64,000 nt of DNA, taken from Patescibacteria group bacterium. Its GTDB lineage: Bacteria > Patescibacteriota > WWE3 > UBA101185 > UBA10185. How positions within the stretch are numbered: position 1 is the first letter of the stretch; every line of letters begins with the position of its first letter. Below, piece after piece: positions 59,614 to 64,000 of this stretch. The translations under genes were made by a program, and so were the position numbers. The notes beneath the pieces were generated by a model. The model made no database searches, was not told where the DNA came from, and worked only from the letters and a program-made list of their open reading frames with translations. The stretch is taken from assembly GCA_016926555.1 (NCBI GenBank), contig JAFGOI010000004.1, forward strand, positions 64,776-128,775. Direction: 5' to 3'.

Positions 59614-60497
59614 TTGTGAAAAGTAAGAAAGATAAAATAGATTTTATAGGTATAGGTTCAGCGAAATCCGGTTCATCGTGGTTGGCGACTTGTTTAATAG
59701 AACATCCCCAAGTTAACCTCCCAAAGGAGAAATCACTTTTCTTTTTTAACGCAGATTATGGAAATGAATATATCAAGGATAACTGGTCGTATTGGTCAAA
59801 AGGTATAGATTGGTACCTAAGTAAATTCCCCCCCGTGGAAAAAGGAAAAATAAGAGGTGAATTTGGGGTAAGTTATTTGCACGATCCTGAAGCGCCACAA
59901 AGGATTAAGGATAATTTCCCCGATACAAAAATCTTAGTCACTTTGAGGAACCCCTGTGACATGCTCTATTCACTATATTGGTATAACGTCAACACTGTTG
60001 AGGCGAAAGTTCCGGAGACGTTTGAAGAGGCAGTTAAGACCGGATGGTGTATCGACAGAGGGAATTATTATAAGTATTTAAGAAGGTTTTTTGATTTGTT
60101 TCCGCGGAAGAATATTCATGTTGTGATATTTGATGATATTAGAAATGAGCCTGAAAGAGTTGCGTTCGAGCTGTACAAATTTCTGGAAGTTGATACAAGT
60201 TTTAAACCATCTATATTAGATAAGAAAATTTATTCGGCCATAGGACATCGGTTTTGGATGTTTAAACAGCTCGGATATTATATGTTTGCTGTGTTAAGAA
60301 TTCTAAAGCTTGAGAAAGTGAGAAGGTTTCTTATTGATAACCCAATATTTTACGCAGTCTATGCGAAGTTAAATGTTGTTCCTAAAAAGTATCCCCCAAT
60401 GGAAGATGGCAGTAGAAATAAACTGAGGAAAGTATATAGGAAAGATATAAAAAAGCTAGAAAAGCTGGTAAAACATGATTTAAGTGCCTGGTTATAG
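59610..60497 (+). CDS. PAPS-dependent sulfotransferase
   Basis: 5'-PSB IGSAKSGSSW, 3'-PB LRNPCDMLYS, KESLFF, FDD; GTG start. Confidence 0.85.
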   Translation: MIVKSKKDKIDFIGIGSAKSGSSWLATCLIEHPQVNLPKEKSLFFFNADYGNEYIKDNWSYWSKGIDWYLSKFPPVEKGKIRGEFGVSYLHDPEAPQRIKDNFPDTKILVTLRNPCDMLYSLYWYNVNTVEAKVPETFEEAVKTGWCIDRGNYYKYLRRFFDLFPRKNIHVVIFDDIRNEPERVAFELYKFLEVDTSFKPSILDKKIYSAIGHRFWMFKQLGYYMFAVLRILKLEKVRRFLIDNPIFYAVYAKLNVVPKKYPPMEDGSRNKLRKVYRKDIKKLEKLVKHDLSAWL

Positions 60498-60580
60498 ATA
60501 CAACTATTCAACCTATAAAAATTTGGTATTATATATTTCACATTAACTATGTACTATATTTTGTCTATAGGGGGTAGTTT

Positions 60581-61612
60581 ATGAAATATCTTATTACCGG
60601 AGGTTGCGGGTTTATAGGTGTTAACTTCGCTGAGAAAATACTAAGGAGGGGAGACGAAGTGATATTACTGGATAATTTATCCAGGAGAGGGACATCCACA
60701 AATCTTGAATACCTTAAAAAGATATACAATAAAGTGAAATTTGTTCATGTGGATATAAGAATAGATAATGGTTCTTTGCAGAAAGCTGTTAATCAGGTTG
60801 ATGTTGTGTACCATTTAGCTTCTCAGGTTGCAGTAACCACATCGGTGAAAGATCCATTTGAAGATTTTTACATTAATGCGTTGGGTACTTTTAATGTTTT
60901 GGAAGCGGTAAGAAAGTCGGCAAATAAGCCGATTCTAATTTACGCGTCAACAAACAAAGTGTACGGAGGGATGGAAGAAATATCAGTAATTGAAGGTGCA
61001 GATAGGTATACCTATAAAGATTTTCCTATTGGGATTCCAGAATCAATGTGTCTTGATTTTCATTCTCCTTATGGTTGTTCAAAAGGTTGTGGAGACCAGT
61101 ACGTGAGAGATTACGCGAGAATCTACGATTTACGCACAGTGGTTATGAGACAATCATGTATATACGGTCCCCGTCAGTTTGGGATTGAGGATCAAGGATG
61201 GGTTGCCTGGTTTGTGATAGCAAAGCTTCTAGGTTCCCCAATAAGTATTTATGGCAACGGGAAACAGGTGCGTGATGTTCTTTACGTTGACGATTTGTTT
61301 AGCGCATGGGATTTTGCTACTAAAAATCCTAATATAACTAGGGGTAAAGTATATAATGTTGGAGGCGGTCCTCGAAATACGATTTCTTTGTTGGAATTTC
61401 TTAACTTACTAGGTGAGCTAACAGGATCTTTTGTGAGTTATACTTTTTCTGACTGGCGCCCCGGAGATCAACCCGTTTATATTTCGGATATAAGTAAGAT
61501 ACGAGAAGAGTTGGGATGGGAGCCATTAACTGATGTAAAGTCGGGTGTAAGAAAACTAATTGATTGGGTGAGAGAGAACGAAGATTTGGTTAGAGCACAA
61601 TTAAGTTTATAA
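60581..61612 (+). CDS. NAD-dependent epimerase/dehydratase, CDP-paratose 2-epimerase-like
   Basis: TGGCGFIG, STNKVYG, YGCSK, RQFGIEDQGWVAWF. Confidence 0.85.
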   Translation: MKYLITGGCGFIGVNFAEKILRRGDEVILLDNLSRRGTSTNLEYLKKIYNKVKFVHVDIRIDNGSLQKAVNQVDVVYHLASQVAVTTSVKDPFEDFYINALGTFNVLEAVRKSANKPILIYASTNKVYGGMEEISVIEGADRYTYKDFPIGIPESMCLDFHSPYGCSKGCGDQYVRDYARIYDLRTVVMRQSCIYGPRQFGIEDQGWVAWFVIAKLLGSPISIYGNGKQVRDVLYVDDLFSAWDFATKNPNITRGKVYNVGGGPRNTISLLEFLNLLGELTGSFVSYTFSDWRPGDQPVYISDISKIREELGWEPLTDVKSGVRKLIDWVRENEDLVRAQLSL

Positions 61613-61619
61613 TTGGTTA

Positions 61620-62771
61620 ATGAAAATTGGAGTACTAATAGATAGACTGAACGTTGGTGGTGTGGAGAAGACTGCAATCCAGGAAGTGAAAGCCGCACAA
61701 AAGTTGGGTGTTAATACAGAGCTGTTAGTTCTGAGTAGAAAATCAGTTGTGGAAGGCGCGCATGAGGATTTGTTAGGGGATCTTCCAATTCAATTTCTGG
61801 ATGATAGATTACCCGGTTTCCTGAAGTTTACATTCGGAATGCCTGGTTTTGCTTTTTTCTCTCTTTTCCACATTACGTATCCCATCATTTTGCCGTTTTT
61901 TATAAAGTCTAGGGAATGGGATCATATAATAAGCCATGGTTCTTATACAACATTATCTGCTCTTGGCATAAAATTTCTGAGAAAAATCCCATTTTCTATT
62001 TATTTTTGGGATCCAATAGATTATATAGTTAAGAGAGTTTATATTGGAAAGTTCCCAAAGCAGTTAATAAGTATATACACATTTTTTGGGAGATTCTTCG
62101 ACAGATTATTTGTTAAAGAAGCGGAGTATGTGTTTGTCGCTGGGGATACACATAATTCTTATCTGAGTAAATATGTGGGTTTAGATAAAATTACGGTTGT
62201 AAATCCAGGTACGCCAGTTGGGAAACCTGAAAAAAAGGAAAAACATGTGCTTATGGTAACTACATGGAAAGAGGGAAAACACCCCGAATATGTATTTGAA
62301 TTAGCAAGGAAGTTGCCGGGGGTAAAATTTAAACTGGTTGGCGGATGGGTAGATTCTGGAATGAGAAGATCTTTTGAGAAAAAAAGGGATAAGTTAGGTT
62401 TGGATGACTATATCGAGTTGTGCGGTGAGGCAAATGAGGGACAGCTAGCCTATTATTATCCGAGGGCGGCAGTTCATTTAACTACTAATTTAGAAAAAGG
62501 CTTCGGTATGCCTGTTTTAGAAGCTGCAGCATGCGGAACGGTATCAATTGTTCCAAAAGGCAGCGGGGTATGTTCAGTGTTTGAGCATGGCGTGGACGCT
62601 TTTTATTCTGAAGAGAGAAATACTGAAGAGATTGTATCTTATATTAAGTCTATGATTGATGATATGGATAAAGCAAAGGAGATGGGGCTTAAGGCTTATA
62701 ATCGTGTTAAAGAAAGTTATACATGGGAAGCTCACACGAAAAAGATTTTAAAGAAAATTGGCGCTATGTAG
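61620..62771 (+). CDS. GT4 glycosyltransferase
   Basis: GGVEK, EKGFGMPVLEAAACG, YTWE. Confidence 0.85.
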   Translation: MKIGVLIDRLNVGGVEKTAIQEVKAAQKLGVNTELLVLSRKSVVEGAHEDLLGDLPIQFLDDRLPGFLKFTFGMPGFAFFSLFHITYPIILPFFIKSREWDHIISHGSYTTLSALGIKFLRKIPFSIYFWDPIDYIVKRVYIGKFPKQLISIYTFFGRFFDRLFVKEAEYVFVAGDTHNSYLSKYVGLDKITVVNPGTPVGKPEKKEKHVLMVTTWKEGKHPEYVFELARKLPGVKFKLVGGWVDSGMRRSFEKKRDKLGLDDYIELCGEANEGQLAYYYPRAAVHLTTNLEKGFGMPVLEAAACGTVSIVPKGSGVCSVFEHGVDAFYSEERNTEEIVSYIKSMIDDMDKAKEMGLKAYNRVKESYTWEAHTKKILKKIGAM

Positions 62772-62778
62772 AAAATCA

Positions 62779-63999
62779 ATGTTTAAAGAACATGACAGAC
62801 ATAAATCCATTTTTAACATCACTCGCGCCTCATACATAAATGCAGGTTATACCTCGGATTATTTTAGAGAATGTTATGAGTACTACTGCGTGTTGTCTTT
62901 TAGTTCACACAATACGAATAAAGAGGATAAGACGAAATTTACGATCTATAAAAATGGGGAAGTTAAGGACGCTGTCGAATTAGTATCACTGCCGAAAAAT
63001 CCGCCCGTACTTTTGGTGCCTTTTTATCAGTTGTTTTTCTGCTTGAGCATAGTTTGGTCTTTTTTTATATTGAAGTTTAAATATAAGATCAAACCTGAAA
63101 TATGTGTTACATCTTTTTCTCTATGGTCCCTTACCTCTCACCTAATGAGAATATTGGGTTTTTGTAAACGGACAATTTTTTGGACCTGGGATTATTTTCC
63201 GAAAGTTAAAGAGGATCCATACTATATGCTTCTGCACATAATTGAGCCCTTCGATAAATTAGCATTAAATATTTGTGACTATGCTTGGTACGCGAGTCAG
63301 AGCAATTTTGATAAGCGGGTTGAAATTGGGCAGGTAAAAAATCCCGATGATCCGAAACACAAAGTTGTTCACTGGGGAACCGGCGGTAGTCTTATTGGAC
63401 CTGTTTCGTCAAACTATTTAGACACAGGTATTCTAAGGCTGGTCTATTTTGGGTCTATAAATCCGGAGAAGGGTCTGGATATTTTGTTTGAATCTCTTCC
63501 GAGATTGATAAAGTTAGTTAATGGGAAATTGGAAATACTTATAATAGGTGGAGACACGGAATATAAAAAGGAGTTGCAGAAAGAGATTAAAAAACAGGGA
63601 AATGACAAGTATGTGAAATTTTACGGATTTATGTCAACTGATGAGTTTGATAAAATCGCGGAAACTTGTGACCTGGGATTGGCTTTATTTGTTCCGGAGA
63701 TTGGGGGGCAACCCAACTTTTCATATTATGCTGACCCGTCAAAGCCAAGAGATTATTTGGCTAATGGTCTTCCCGTGCTGATTACCGCAGTGCCATTTAT
63801 TCATAAGGATATACAAGAATATAACGCGGGTATTGTGCTAGATAAATATTCAGCCGAGAGTTTAGTTTTGGCGGTATCTGCATATGTTAAAAATCCGTCA
63901 ATGTACAAAAAAGGGGCTTACAAACTTGCTCAAGTAGATAGATATGATGTTTATTACGGAAGTAAATTTGGATTGGTTTACAAAGACTTGCAAAATTAG
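62779..63999 (+). CDS. GT4/GT-B glycosyltransferase
   Basis: YFGSINPEKG, ADPSKPRDYLANGLPV; start ATG 62779 (ORF-track TTG 62758). Confidence 0.8.
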   Translation: MFKEHDRHKSIFNITRASYINAGYTSDYFRECYEYYCVLSFSSHNTNKEDKTKFTIYKNGEVKDAVELVSLPKNPPVLLVPFYQLFFCLSIVWSFFILKFKYKIKPEICVTSFSLWSLTSHLMRILGFCKRTIFWTWDYFPKVKEDPYYMLLHIIEPFDKLALNICDYAWYASQSNFDKRVEIGQVKNPDDPKHKVVHWGTGGSLIGPVSSNYLDTGILRLVYFGSINPEKGLDILFESLPRLIKLVNGKLEILIIGGDTEYKKELQKEIKKQGNDKYVKFYGFMSTDEFDKIAETCDLGLALFVPEIGGQPNFSYYADPSKPRDYLANGLPVLITAVPFIHKDIQEYNAGIVLDKYSAESLVLAVSAYVKNPSMYKKGAYKLAQVDRYDVYYGSKFGLVYKDLQN

Positions 64000-64000
64000 G

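Noticed and set aside
1-64000. Alternative genetic code, prophage, IS elements or defence systems
   Set aside because: Conserved genes translate fully in code 11 with TGA as stop; no integrase, transposase, cas or phage genes recognised

Overview
Core-genome window of a low-GC, code-11 bacterium with hallmarks of the CPR/Patescibacteria (rpmD/uL30 missing between rpsE and rplO, compact RpoB, few Shine-Dalgarno motifs). A WWE3/Microgenomates-like lineage is my inference, not a database result. 1-4.3 kb: a detached, minus-strand alpha operon (infA-rpmJ-rpsM-rpsK-rpsD-rpoA-rplQ-rplM-rpsI). 4.3-12.3 kb: serS preceded by a T-box-like leader, a SAM methyltransferase, uppP, secA, a TMTC-like GT-C/TPR protein and lepB. 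12.4-34.5 kb: rpoBC, the str, S10 and spc clusters, secY, ybaB and adk. 34.5-64 kb: a roughly 29 kb surface-glycosylation locus with five GT-C-type membrane transferases, four polyprenol-phosphate-sugar-synthase-like GT2s, flippases and GT4s, plus a tailoring cassette (putative [3Fe-4S] ferredoxin, B12-binding radical SAM, SGNH-like protein, sulfotransferase, CDP-paratose-epimerase-like enzyme). The most notable signals are the compact Ser T-box, the multi-GT-C system with its radical-SAM/sulfation cassette, a uL3 with a large internal deletion, concerted RNA polymerase substitutions near the active site, near-leaderless promoters, and a palindromic bidirectional start-codon element. No rRNA, tRNA, CRISPR array or transposase was recognised. 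All calls come from reading motifs by eye; no searches were run.
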